Sequence record: OR532817.1
Direction: 5' to 3' (one strand)
Length of the DNA: 64,000 nucleotides
A program made the translations under genes and the position numbers. The notes under the pieces were generated by a model that was given only the letters and a program-made list of their open reading frames with translations, was not told the origin of the DNA and searched no databases. Of the stretch, positions 1 to 8,665 are shown piece after piece. Numbering within the stretch: the stretch's first letter is position 1; each line of letters opens with the position of its first letter.

Positions 1-5
1 AATGC

Positions 6-443
6 ATGTTAGGTGCATTGTTATTATCCAAAAGTTTAATACTAATGGAGTACAATAACAAAAGAGATATTTTAAATGCGAAGTACTACAATTCAAAAGT
101 CTCACAAGAGGTATATCATTTCTGTAAGTACTGTGTGAACAATCCATCAGATATAAGTTATTTTAATGAAAGTGGTAATTTAAGATACCAAAATCCTGTT
201 TTTGAATTTTATATCGAACATTATGATATGGGATTCAAATATTCATCACAATCTGATGTTGTATACTTTAAAGTTCAAAATAATTGGATGGAATTCAGTA
301 CTAACAAATATGACAAAATGTTATTGAGTTCAGTATTTTTCTGTTTATCAGAAAGAGAAAGAAATGAAAAAATTCTTTCCAATATACAAAATACAATAGA
401 TAGTAAATTGCGTTATCTTGCTATGTATAAGGAGACAAAATGA
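6..443 (+). CDS. hypothetical protein
   Basis: 145-aa ORF, ATGA overlap with next gene; start uncertain at window edge. Confidence 0.6.
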   Translation: MLGALLLSKSLILMEYNNKRDILNAKYYNSKVSQEVYHFCKYCVNNPSDISYFNESGNLRYQNPVFEFYIEHYDMGFKYSSQSDVVYFKVQNNWMEFSTNKYDKMLLSSVFFCLSERERNEKILSNIQNTIDSKLRYLAMYKETK

Positions 444-838
444 CAATTGATGATATTTACAGTACAATAAGGAATTTGGATAAGTACAAAAAAGTTTTTG
501 ATTCAATTAACCGTAACATTTTTTATGGTATTGGTACTTATGATATTATACAACTGGAATACGATCAGGAAGGAAAAAGTGGTATAAATTTCGTGTGTCC
601 ACGTGACAGTGAAAACAATTTCATGTATGTTGAAGTGAACGAAGATGGCATCAAATTTACAAAAATCTTCAAAGGTGGAATTGATTACGAAGAACTGGAT
701 TTGAATGAAGAAGATAGTTTCTTTCAACAAGATACTGTTATAAATCTTGGTTTTTCATTACAAGAGTACAGAGAAATGCATAAAGATTTTATGCGTTATT
801 ACAATGGCTTCCTCAAAGAATTAACGGTACATTTATGA
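440..838 (+). CDS. hypothetical protein
   Basis: 132 aa, AGGAG RBS, coupled to neighbours. Confidence 0.75.
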   Translation: MTIDDIYSTIRNLDKYKKVFDSINRNIFYGIGTYDIIQLEYDQEGKSGINFVCPRDSENNFMYVEVNEDGIKFTKIFKGGIDYEELDLNEEDSFFQQDTVINLGFSLQEYREMHKDFMRYYNGFLKELTVHL

Positions 839-1299
839 ATCTCAATACAAGTGAAATGTTCTTTAATGATGTAAAATCAAAATTTCTAAAAAATGATGGT
901 AGTGGTTTTGATGAAAAAATCAAAGAAGTAGTATTGCGTTGGAAAAATAGTCCAGTACTGAATAATATATGCCCTCGCTGGTCATGTCAAAGTCATGATT
1001 ATGATGATTTTAATACTTATTATTACATTATATTCTGTACCCAAAACGATGGTGCGGAATTTCTGTACAATAAAGTATTGAAAAAGCTAATCGAACTCAG
1101 TGCAAAGTACGGTGTGATGGATAATTGTTGGGAATACAAGGTAATCCAGTTAATGAACACAATTGATAATAATCACACACCCTTTGAACCACACGTAGAA
1201 ATTGCATGTAGAGTATTTGGGGATTATAATAAAATTTGTATTTTAGAAAAAGTATGGTTAGAATTACTAGAAGGTATTGAAAAAGAATATGGGCAATAA
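835..1299 (+). CDS. hypothetical protein
   Basis: 154 aa, ATGA overlap. Confidence 0.7.
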   Translation: MNLNTSEMFFNDVKSKFLKNDGSGFDEKIKEVVLRWKNSPVLNNICPRWSCQSHDYDDFNTYYYIIFCTQNDGAEFLYNKVLKKLIELSAKYGVMDNCWEYKVIQLMNTIDNNHTPFEPHVEIACRVFGDYNKICILEKVWLELLEGIEKEYGQ

Positions 1300-2533
1300 T
1301 AATTTTTTAGAACAAAATATAGTTAAACATCTTGCAGGTTCAAATGCATATGGTACTAATACCCCTGAAAGTGATGTTGATTACAGGGGTATTTTTTTAG
1401 CATCAAAAGAATATATCATGACTCCCTTTTATAATGTAAAAGAAGTCACTGATTCTTCAGAAGAAGATACAAAATTTTATGAATTGAATCAGTACATGAA
1501 ATTATATCTGGACGCTAATCCAAACATTCTCGAAAGTTTATGGGTAGATCCATCAGATATCGTTGATAGTACTGAATTTTATGATTATCTACGCAAACAC
1601 AATGCTGATTTACTAAGTTCACGAATTGCATTTACTTATACTGGTTATGCTTATAATCAGGTAACTCGTATGAAAAATCATCACGGTTGGATGGATAAAG
1701 AACGTACAGCAGAAAATAGATTAAATGAAATTATTTCTTTATATCCATATGTTATCACAAAAGAATGGATGTATGATACGTTTCCAGATTATCTGGTTGA
1801 ACGCGTATTAAAAGATGTAATCTTATCAAACATGAACATTTTAATTGATTTTGAAAAATTAATGCGTGATACTTCATTACAACTGGTTTCTATTGTTCCA
1901 CTGAAGCAATACCATTTTGTTAAATTGGTGCACAATTACAGTACTGAAAAAGTTCTTGATCGTGATTTCAATTTACTGAATTACAATAATGGTTATGAAT
2001 TAATTCACTACGGTGAAAATATTTTTGCTCTTGTAAAAAATAAAAATGAGAGTACAATTAATTCCGATGGTACATTGCGTTATTTCAATAAAGAACGTAG
2101 TACTGAAGAATTGAAAACTTATCCTGAACTTATCATCAAATTCAATAATAAAGAATGGACTGAAAATTCTGATAACAGAAAGAACTATCACAAATGGAAA
2201 AAAAATCGTAACACTAAGCGTTCTATTATGGAAATGCAATCAGGTTATGATCGAAAATTTGCAATGCATACTATCAGGTTATTGAACACCGCTGAAGAAG
2301 CGTTGGAAAGTGGTATTATTCATGTCAAACGCCCAGATGCACAATTTTTATTGGATATCAGAAATGGTAATTACACCTATGAAGAGATCATGGAAATGTA
2401 TAATACCAAACAACACAATATCCGAGAAGTTCTGTACAAAAAGTCAGTACTACCAAAGAAACCGAATATCAAATTAGCTACCAAGATTTTACTTGATATT
2501 CGTGAAATGCAATTTTATGGCAAAAAATCTTAA
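1289..2533 (+). CDS. Pol-beta-superfamily nucleotidyltransferase (RlaP/PF10127-like) with large central insertion
   Basis: GSNAYGTNTPESDVDYRGIF motif (GS..DxD); C-terminal KFAMHTIRLL...IRNG helical motif; ATG 1289 preferred to upstream TTG. Confidence 0.8.
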   Translation: MGNNNFLEQNIVKHLAGSNAYGTNTPESDVDYRGIFLASKEYIMTPFYNVKEVTDSSEEDTKFYELNQYMKLYLDANPNILESLWVDPSDIVDSTEFYDYLRKHNADLLSSRIAFTYTGYAYNQVTRMKNHHGWMDKERTAENRLNEIISLYPYVITKEWMYDTFPDYLVERVLKDVILSNMNILIDFEKLMRDTSLQLVSIVPLKQYHFVKLVHNYSTEKVLDRDFNLLNYNNGYELIHYGENIFALVKNKNESTINSDGTLRYFNKERSTEELKTYPELIIKFNNKEWTENSDNRKNYHKWKKNRNTKRSIMEMQSGYDRKFAMHTIRLLNTAEEALESGIIHVKRPDAQFLLDIRNGNYTYEEIMEMYNTKQHNIREVLYKKSVLPKKPNIKLATKILLDIREMQFYGKKS

Positions 2534-2550
2534 CACAAAGAGGTAATTAT

Positions 2551-3015
2551 ATGAGCAACTATTCAGAGTATAAACAAAAAGAAATTGAATTGAAAGAAAT
2601 GGTGAAAACCGTTGGCAAAGAACTCATTCAAGAAATGTACGAACAGTTTTTTGAAAAGTACCCAGAAGTTAAATTTGTTAGTACCGTTGGTTATATCCCA
2701 GGGTTTAATGATGGTGATGCTTGTGAATTCACATCTGATACTGAATTTAGTGGAGATTATGTTGAAAATCTTAGCGAAGAAAGTTTAGAAGATATGGTCA
2801 TTGCATTTGGTGGTGAACCAGGTGAAGATGATTTGTTTGATCTTGATACTGCGGAAAATCCAAACTGGAATTATCAACAATACAACGCCGCCGGGAAAGA
2901 TGTGGACGTCGACCTGCTGGAAAAAGTATATGGTTATGATTGGATTGTTGTTGCTTATAAAGGTATTGATGGAACAGTTTCAATTGTTCAAGAGGATTAT
3001 GATTGTGGATATTAA
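2551..3015 (+). CDS. acidic phage protein, paralog A
   Basis: GAGG RBS; GYIPGFNDGDACEF motif; ends EDYDCGY. Confidence 0.8.
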   Translation: MSNYSEYKQKEIELKEMVKTVGKELIQEMYEQFFEKYPEVKFVSTVGYIPGFNDGDACEFTSDTEFSGDYVENLSEESLEDMVIAFGGEPGEDDLFDLDTAENPNWNYQQYNAAGKDVDVDLLEKVYGYDWIVVAYKGIDGTVSIVQEDYDCGY

Positions 3016-3469
3016 TGCTATCGTTGAAAACATGAATGCAGAAATTGAAGAAGTACGTCAAAAATATGTAACTATATTTAATGATGATTTCAATATCGTA
3101 TTACAAGCTATTAAAGACAAATATCCCGCACTCGAAGTTGTTTACATTCGTGCATGGACACCTCATTGGAACGACGGCGAAGAATGTAAACACAACATGT
3201 CTGTACACGTAGATAACAATGGTAAGTATACTGATATCGAAGAGTTTTTTGAATGTACTGAACGTAATTTTGATTGGGATGAAGCACCTGATTGTATTAA
3301 GAATGTCAACAAAGGCATAAGTACTAAAATGTCGAAAGAGATTGTCGGTTTATTCGAAGCTTATCAGGATTCATTTGAAAGTATTCTAGGCACGAACTGG
3401 AAAATGACAATTGATTTTACACAAGAACGACCCATTATGGTTAAAGAAGATTATGAGTGTGGATATTAA
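3005..3469 (+). CDS. acidic phage protein, paralog B
   Basis: AWTPHWNDGEECKH motif; ends EDYECGY; GTG 3005 with GAGGA 8 nt upstream (track start 2801 is an extension). Confidence 0.75.
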   Translation: MDINAIVENMNAEIEEVRQKYVTIFNDDFNIVLQAIKDKYPALEVVYIRAWTPHWNDGEECKHNMSVHVDNNGKYTDIEEFFECTERNFDWDEAPDCIKNVNKGISTKMSKEIVGLFEAYQDSFESILGTNWKMTIDFTQERPIMVKEDYECGY

Positions 3470-4016
3470 TATCCTTAATCCAGTAGGTAGCATTAGTACT
3501 GATCTATTTCAGTTTAATGCTCCTACTGGAGTATTACCTGATTTAGTACTTAAATATGAAAATCCAAATAAGGTTCTTGATTTAGCTCATCCAGATTTAG
3601 TACCTTTGATTGAACGTATGCTCAAAGAAATTAAGAAATTTGATTCGAGAGATTGTGTTATTGATTATAAAGTACGTTCATTGAAAACTGGTGATCCTGG
3701 TAGTACTATTCCAGGATTCCATATTGATTGTTGTAATGATATTCATGATGATTTTGAACCAGAGACTCATTTGATTTATAGTACAGTACAAGGTACAGCA
3801 TTTGCTGTTAATCCAATCGATGTATCTCGTTATAATTCAGTTCATGAAGTACTTAAAAATGAATCTATAACCGAAGTCATTGGTAGTACTGAATCAGTTC
3901 ATAGATTTACATCTAAGGTATTGCACCGATGCCCAATAATTGAACACGATTGTCAACGAATTTTAATTCGTGTAACATCTGGATTTAAAGATAGATTAAA
4001 GAGAAACAGAAAATGA
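3459..4016 (+). CDS. putative 2OG-Fe(II) oxygenase
   Basis: HxD (GFHIDC), distal His (LHRCP), terminal RILIRVT; start 3453 or 3459. Confidence 0.6.
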   Translation: MDINILNPVGSISTDLFQFNAPTGVLPDLVLKYENPNKVLDLAHPDLVPLIERMLKEIKKFDSRDCVIDYKVRSLKTGDPGSTIPGFHIDCCNDIHDDFEPETHLIYSTVQGTAFAVNPIDVSRYNSVHEVLKNESITEVIGSTESVHRFTSKVLHRCPIIEHDCQRILIRVTSGFKDRLKRNRK

Positions 4017-4420
4017 ATAAATCAATTAAAGATGCTCTTAATATTCTGGAACGAGAGTATTATAAAATCAAAGGTTCAATCAACCAATACAAAGTTCGAG
4101 AAGAAATTCTCAATAGAGTAGAGGAAATGAAAAACCGTTCCATTGAAAAACAAAATATCCAAAATAATACAACAAAAGAAACAGTATTGAATGCTTTTGT
4201 CAAAATTATAGAGGATACTGGATATTCAGAAACAGATTATGAAATCACAGAAAACATGACTGTACTGAATATTAAAGAAAAATTCAATCTGGATACATGG
4301 GACTGGTTTGATATTATGGTTGAAGTATCAGAACTTTTCGATGTACACTTAGATGATGAATTGTATCTGGATGATGTAGTACTGAAAGATGTTATTGAAG
4401 AAATTTTGAAAGATATTTAA
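4013..4420 (+). CDS. acyl-carrier-protein-like protein (Thr at the Ser attachment position)
   Basis: C-terminal ~80 aa align by eye to ACP: KII..EIT....NLDTWDWFDIMVEVSELFDVHLDDE. Confidence 0.6.
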   Translation: MNKSIKDALNILEREYYKIKGSINQYKVREEILNRVEEMKNRSIEKQNIQNNTTKETVLNAFVKIIEDTGYSETDYEITENMTVLNIKEKFNLDTWDWFDIMVEVSELFDVHLDDELYLDDVVLKDVIEEILKDI

Positions 4421-4430
4421 AAATAGACCC

Positions 4431-4436
4431 TAAATA
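4431..4436 (+). promoter_or_regulatory. late promoter core TAAATA upstream of spanins
   Basis: same hexamer precedes most structural genes in the window. Confidence 0.55.
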
Positions 4437-4458
4437 TTCATATATCTTTGAAGGAGAT

Positions 4459-4833
4459 GTGAATATGTTAGAGTTTATAATCAAGGTTGTATCCGACAAT
4501 TATAAACCCATCCTGATTGTATTGGCGATGGGTTTTTGTGTTTTCGGAGGATGGAAAGCAAATACTTATTACACCGGTTATCAATTAAGTATTTCCCAAA
4601 AAATTGAGAAAAAAGTAGATGATGCTATTGATAAGCTACAACAAGAAAGTGCAAAAAATTTAGTTGAAACACAGAAGACAATTAAAGAGAATGCAACTAA
4701 AATTGTGGAAACCAAAGTACCAGTTATTATAGAGAAAAAAGTATACCAAAATGTCTGTTTAGATGAAGATGGTCTTCAGGTACTAAAAGAATTAAAACTT
4801 AATTCAACTGAAGGAAGGAGAAAACTACAATGA
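4459..4833 (+). CDS. i-spanin (Rz-like)
   Basis: single N-terminal TM helix followed by coiled coil; overlaps lipoprotein gene. Confidence 0.75.
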   Translation: MNMLEFIIKVVSDNYKPILIVLAMGFCVFGGWKANTYYTGYQLSISQKIEKKVDDAIDKLQQESAKNLVETQKTIKENATKIVETKVPVIIEKKVYQNVCLDEDGLQVLKELKLNSTEGRRKLQ

Positions 4834-5147
4834 AATTTAAATTAAAATATGTTGTACTACTGTTGGTATTATCTTTAATTGGATGCAATAGTACTGCTCC
4901 AGTTGAGATGAAACAACAAGTACAACAGGAAGTACTATTGGAACGCTGTTCAGAAGACACCCCATTACCAACACAAAAAACTGTTGACAAAGACGGAAAT
5001 GTTGGATATGATGGTAAAGAAGTCTTTAGGGTATTACGTGAATGGGATGCAATTTATTTTGATTGTGCGAGCCGTTTAGATGCACTCATTACGTATCTAC
5101 AAAAAACCCAAGATCCTAATTTTAAGGTAACTATAAAGGATAAGTAA
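4830..5147 (+). CDS. o-spanin lipoprotein (Rz1-like)
   Basis: signal peptide with lipobox LIGC; LLERC...PLP and CASRLDAL motif. Confidence 0.8.
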   Translation: MKFKLKYVVLLLVLSLIGCNSTAPVEMKQQVQQEVLLERCSEDTPLPTQKTVDKDGNVGYDGKEVFRVLREWDAIYFDCASRLDALITYLQKTQDPNFKVTIKDK

Positions 5148-5731
5148 TGAATAAGTACAAAGTACTAAAAGTATTACCTTTATCATTTTTAAATTCTTTG
5201 GATCATAATGATATCAAATCAAAAATAGGACATTGTGGTGATTCAAATTTTTTATACTATCCACAAAAAGTAAAAACATTTTCCAAGAATCACAAATGTG
5301 TAGCATGTGGAATCGAAGCCACTGAAGTACGAATTGAATACATGCAAGAGTGTTCTCATGCAATCTATAGCAAACCACACATCAATGTATATGCGGTGCT
5401 TGGTAATTATTCAGTACTAATGACAGTTGATCACGATATACTTGCATCCGAAGGCGGAAATGATTTAGACAATAATTTTAGTACCATGTGTTCCAAATGT
5501 AATAACAAAAGAGGATCAAAGTATAAGACACTCAAATCATTCCTCAAATCAATTGAGGGGCGAGATCTCTTGAAGGAATACATGTCTGTAACTAAAAAGA
5601 CAAAAACCAGTCAGAACGCGGCTGAGCAGCGTTTACACGATGAATTTTGGGAATTAGGACATAACTGGCATTACAGAGAATATCTTCGTTATCTGAAGGC
5701 CAAAAATAAAGATAAAAAGAAAGGGGCATAA
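5147..5731 (+). CDS. HNH endonuclease family protein
   Basis: CVAC...TVDH...GGND..NN..TMCSKCNNKRG. Confidence 0.8.
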   Translation: MNKYKVLKVLPLSFLNSLDHNDIKSKIGHCGDSNFLYYPQKVKTFSKNHKCVACGIEATEVRIEYMQECSHAIYSKPHINVYAVLGNYSVLMTVDHDILASEGGNDLDNNFSTMCSKCNNKRGSKYKTLKSFLKSIEGRDLLKEYMSVTKKTKTSQNAAEQRLHDEFWELGHNWHYREYLRYLKAKNKDKKKGA

Positions 5732-5749
5732 GTTGCCCCTTTACTTTTA
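5720..5749 (+). terminator. intrinsic terminator
   Basis: AAAGGGGCA/TGCCCCTTT stem then T-rich tail. Confidence 0.7.
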
Positions 5750-5804
5750 TCCAAATTTTGTTATAATATAAAAATCAAAATTTAATAAAAATGAGAAAAG
5801 AGTA

Positions 5805-6200
5805 ATGCTCAAAGAGTTTGATTACAGTACTTTAGAAGTTATTTCAGCAGTTAAAAATATCAACAATTTAGATGATGAAAAAACAGTACTAATCACGATC
5901 ACATTTGTAAACAAAGAAGATTCATATAAACATTTATCTGGTATAGAAGAAATGTTGCATAAACTTCATTTAGAAGAAAATCGGAAATATATTAAACTAC
6001 AATGTAGTTATACCCAAAATTTGAACAATTTTTTAATTATAAATAAAACAATTAAAATTAGTTTCAATGATCCAAAACAAAAATACTGTACTAAATCGTT
6101 CAACGAAGATCAGGTTAGTAATGAATTACTAATGGATATTGAATTTATCAATGATTTCTTCGATTCATGTGATAATGAATTGAAAAAAGTATATTTGTAA
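5805..6200 (+). CDS. hypothetical protein
   Basis: 131-aa ORF. Confidence 0.65.
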   Translation: MLKEFDYSTLEVISAVKNINNLDDEKTVLITITFVNKEDSYKHLSGIEEMLHKLHLEENRKYIKLQCSYTQNLNNFLIINKTIKISFNDPKQKYCTKSFNEDQVSNELLMDIEFINDFFDSCDNELKKVYL

Positions 6201-6208
6201 AAAATATT

Positions 6209-6238
6209 TTGAACAATTTTAGTGCTATGTAATATAAT
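6209..6238 (+). promoter_or_regulatory. sigma70-like promoter facing the non-coding island
   Basis: TTGAAC-N18-TATAAT; same TTGAAC...TATAAT pair occurs near 35395. Confidence 0.5.
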
Positions 6239-6244
6239 GTAATT

Positions 6245-6715
6245 AATATCAATTCGAGGACTTAATTCTGCTGAATATCTATGTATATGGATATACAAAT
6301 AAACTTGAACCTATCGAAAACGTAGAGAGGCATTTGAGTGGTTCAGCAGCACGCCTTGCAGGTAGTACCGGTGATAAAATCCTAAGTGTGAGCTTACAAA
6401 GCACAGCCTTAATTCCAGAGAGTGCACAGGAGTCATCGCAACACGGCAAGTAAAAGAGAGCTATAGACATATGCTTTCCATCACTATAATCCTCTGGTGA
6501 TGATAGATTGAACCTACGGAAAGTATTTTCCATAATTGTTAAGGGAGAATACACCAAAATTTTTACAGTAGAGTTGCGTCTAAATTTTGTTGTGTTCAAG
6601 TACTGAGATTGGTCAAATAGTCTCAGTACTTAGTGTGTGGCATGATACCTACTAAACCACATGACCTCTGCATAAGACTGAGATAGGGAGAAACCGGGCA
6701 GACCGCTTCCGTTCT
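6245..6715 (+). ncRNA. candidate large structured non-coding RNA, family unrecognised
   Basis: no + strand ORF; ~41% GC (hand count 6301-6720); several stems with G-U pairs (6479-6502, 6547-6597, 6598-6631); upstream promoter. Confidence 0.55.
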
Positions 6716-6759
6716 TTATAAAAAAGAAATTCTCAATTTGACAGTTTCGAAGACTACCA

Positions 6760-6990
6760 TCTTCAAGAAATAAAAAAAAACGTTTTAAGAACGCGTTCCG
6801 TTGCGTTTTTTTCTTCCCTCCCTGTGGGGGGGGATATAAAGTTTCTCTCCCAAACCTCTTCAAGAAATAAAAAGAAAACAAACAACAATTACCGAATAAA
6901 ATCAAATAACACAGAACGAAACGAAGTGAAGTGAATGAGTTATTTGATTTTATGAGAGATGTGTTGAACGAAGTGAAATACATCTCGACA
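6760..6990. repeat. inverted/direct repeat cluster (origin-like)
   Basis: 15-bp perfect IR 6896-6910/6939-6953; 10-bp IR 6956-6965/6977-6986; CTTCAAGAAATAAAAA direct repeat near 6761 and 6858. Confidence 0.65.
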
Positions 6991-7228
6991 TGGATAAACA
7001 ATATATACTTAATTAACAAAAACAAATCAAGTATTGAAATAAATTACAAAGGAATTACATCTAATGAATACTAAAAAAAGAACCAGATATAATTAAGTAC
7101 TGAAATTAGTTAATTAGTTCTCTTTTTAAATAACCGACTTTAAATTAGTCAAATCAAATAAATTCATTTAATAAAAAGAAATAAATATTTCTATAAATCC
7201 CATACCAAAGGACTTATAGGAGAAATTA

Positions 7229-7678
7229 ATGCAAGAACCACAAGACATAAATCAGTTACGCAATTTAATGGATTTCATAGTACAATCAGAAGAAGACGAG
7301 TCCTATGATCAATTACTGCTTACATTTATTGAAAATAGTTTATTCCTTGAATCAGCAGCACACAACTGGCATTTACAAAGCAAACACTACACAAAGCACT
7401 TACAATTAGATGAGTTATACAAAGAACTACCGGAGTTCATTGATGCATTCATTGAAGGAATTATGGAATCAAGAGGGCCATTAGTAATTGGTACTGGAAA
7501 TAGTTACCAATTCACTGAAATAAGTACTTGTATTCCTACTTTAGAAGAGTATCTAAATCAATGTGAAGCAATTCACCAGATGCTTGAATCTAATGAGGAC
7601 TATGGAAGTACTAACACGCTTGAAGACATAATGAGTTTTATTGATGGTGTTCTTTATAAATTAAAACATTTACAATAA
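7229..7678 (+). CDS. ferritin/Dps-like four-helix-bundle protein
   Basis: HNWHLQ...HLQLDELY...IDAFIE resembles Dps HW..H..LDE.Y; AGGAG RBS; TAAATA at 7182. Confidence 0.65.
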   Translation: MQEPQDINQLRNLMDFIVQSEEDESYDQLLLTFIENSLFLESAAHNWHLQSKHYTKHLQLDELYKELPEFIDAFIEGIMESRGPLVIGTGNSYQFTEISTCIPTLEEYLNQCEAIHQMLESNEDYGSTNTLEDIMSFIDGVLYKLKHLQ

Positions 7679-7683
7679 TAAAT

Positions 7684-7713
7684 GGAGAGTCAAAAGACTC
7701 TCCTTTCTTTTTG
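7684..7713 (+). terminator. intrinsic terminator
   Basis: GGAGAGTC/GACTCTCC + T tract. Confidence 0.8.
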
Positions 7714-7724
7714 GATAAAATAAT

Positions 7725-8114
7725 ATGAAAATACGAATTCATGAACACACAACTTATAATTATTGTGAAGATTGTGGTCTAGAATCTTCATTGATATATT
7801 CTGTATCTGGTGATGGAATCTCATTTAAACAGGGAGACCATGCATATTGTTATGGAACTGAATCTGGTGATATAGAAAATGTTCTAAAAGAGCTATTTTT
7901 ACGCTTGCAATCCAAGGGAATTGATGCTAGACTGCCGGAGATGATAGATAATGACATTGATTCAGTACTGAATTATGAATCTTTTATCCACTCGGGTTAT
8001 GTTCATTATCTAAACACATTAGGTGTGAATGTGAAACTAACATACAGTACTGAAGACTATCCAGATATGGATGGCGGTGATTATATTGATATTGAGGATG
8101 ATTATGAAAGCTAA
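7725..8114 (+). CDS. hypothetical protein (Cys/His-rich N-terminus)
   Basis: 129 aa, CEDC motif. Confidence 0.7.
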   Translation: MKIRIHEHTTYNYCEDCGLESSLIYSVSGDGISFKQGDHAYCYGTESGDIENVLKELFLRLQSKGIDARLPEMIDNDIDSVLNYESFIHSGYVHYLNTLGVNVKLTYSTEDYPDMDGGDYIDIEDDYES

Positions 8115-8664
8115 AGAACTTGCAGAATTACTAATGAAAAATCCAGAACAAGAAGTATATCTGGAAGAAACACATTTTGATGATTGGGACTGTTCTGTAT
8201 TTTATACACCATCTGAAGTTGTAGATGTTCAAATTACTCCAAGTGGAGTTTTTATTAAACACAATCCGATGCATAGTCAGGATACAACTTCATTAAAGAT
8301 GCCAAGTACTGAACCAGTTGTTGGTTCACTTAACGTGTTGTTAAATTGCCCAATTGGTGATCTACGATATTTCAGTAATGATACATCCAATCACGTTCAA
8401 TCATTTGTTGAAGAATTATTGAATTATGGTTCAATTAGTGATTATGTTTCATTTATGGATGCACACATTCGTTTTGTGTTACAACAAACTGACGTTGATT
8501 ACAGTACAGAAGATGGTTATTTTATAGGTCCAGATGATTGTACTTATGAAGTACTAACAAGTTATGATCCAAACACTTGGGAACCTTTTTATACTGAAAT
8601 GACCTACCAAGAAGTTTTTGATTATGCACACAAAAACTTTGAAATTAAGAAATACGAGGAATAA
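8104..8664 (+). CDS. hypothetical protein
   Basis: GAGGA RBS, ATG 8104. Confidence 0.7.
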   Translation: MKAKELAELLMKNPEQEVYLEETHFDDWDCSVFYTPSEVVDVQITPSGVFIKHNPMHSQDTTSLKMPSTEPVVGSLNVLLNCPIGDLRYFSNDTSNHVQSFVEELLNYGSISDYVSFMDAHIRFVLQQTDVDYSTEDGYFIGPDDCTYEVLTSYDPNTWEPFYTEMTYQEVFDYAHKNFEIKKYEE

Positions 8665-8665
8665 A

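Noticed and set aside
2801-3004. N-terminal extensions given by the track (also 21876, 27297, 28410, 32480, 43481)
   Set aside because: They overlap upstream genes or lack an RBS; downstream starts have clear Shine-Dalgarno sequences
6325-6385. Resemblance of AGGCATTTGA...ACGCCTTGCA to SAM-V/SAM-II riboswitch sequences as I recall them
   Set aside because: The required pseudoknot partner and 3' A-rich strand are missing, and there is no adjacent start codon
6245-6715. Identity as RNase P RNA or tmRNA
   Set aside because: No GAGGAAAGUCC CR-I motif, no tRNA-like acceptor/T arm or CCA end; left unassigned
6279-7025. Minus-strand ORFs 6279-6599 and 6630-7025
   Set aside because: No RBS, atypical composition, low-complexity translation of repeats; more likely shadows of the structured non-coding island
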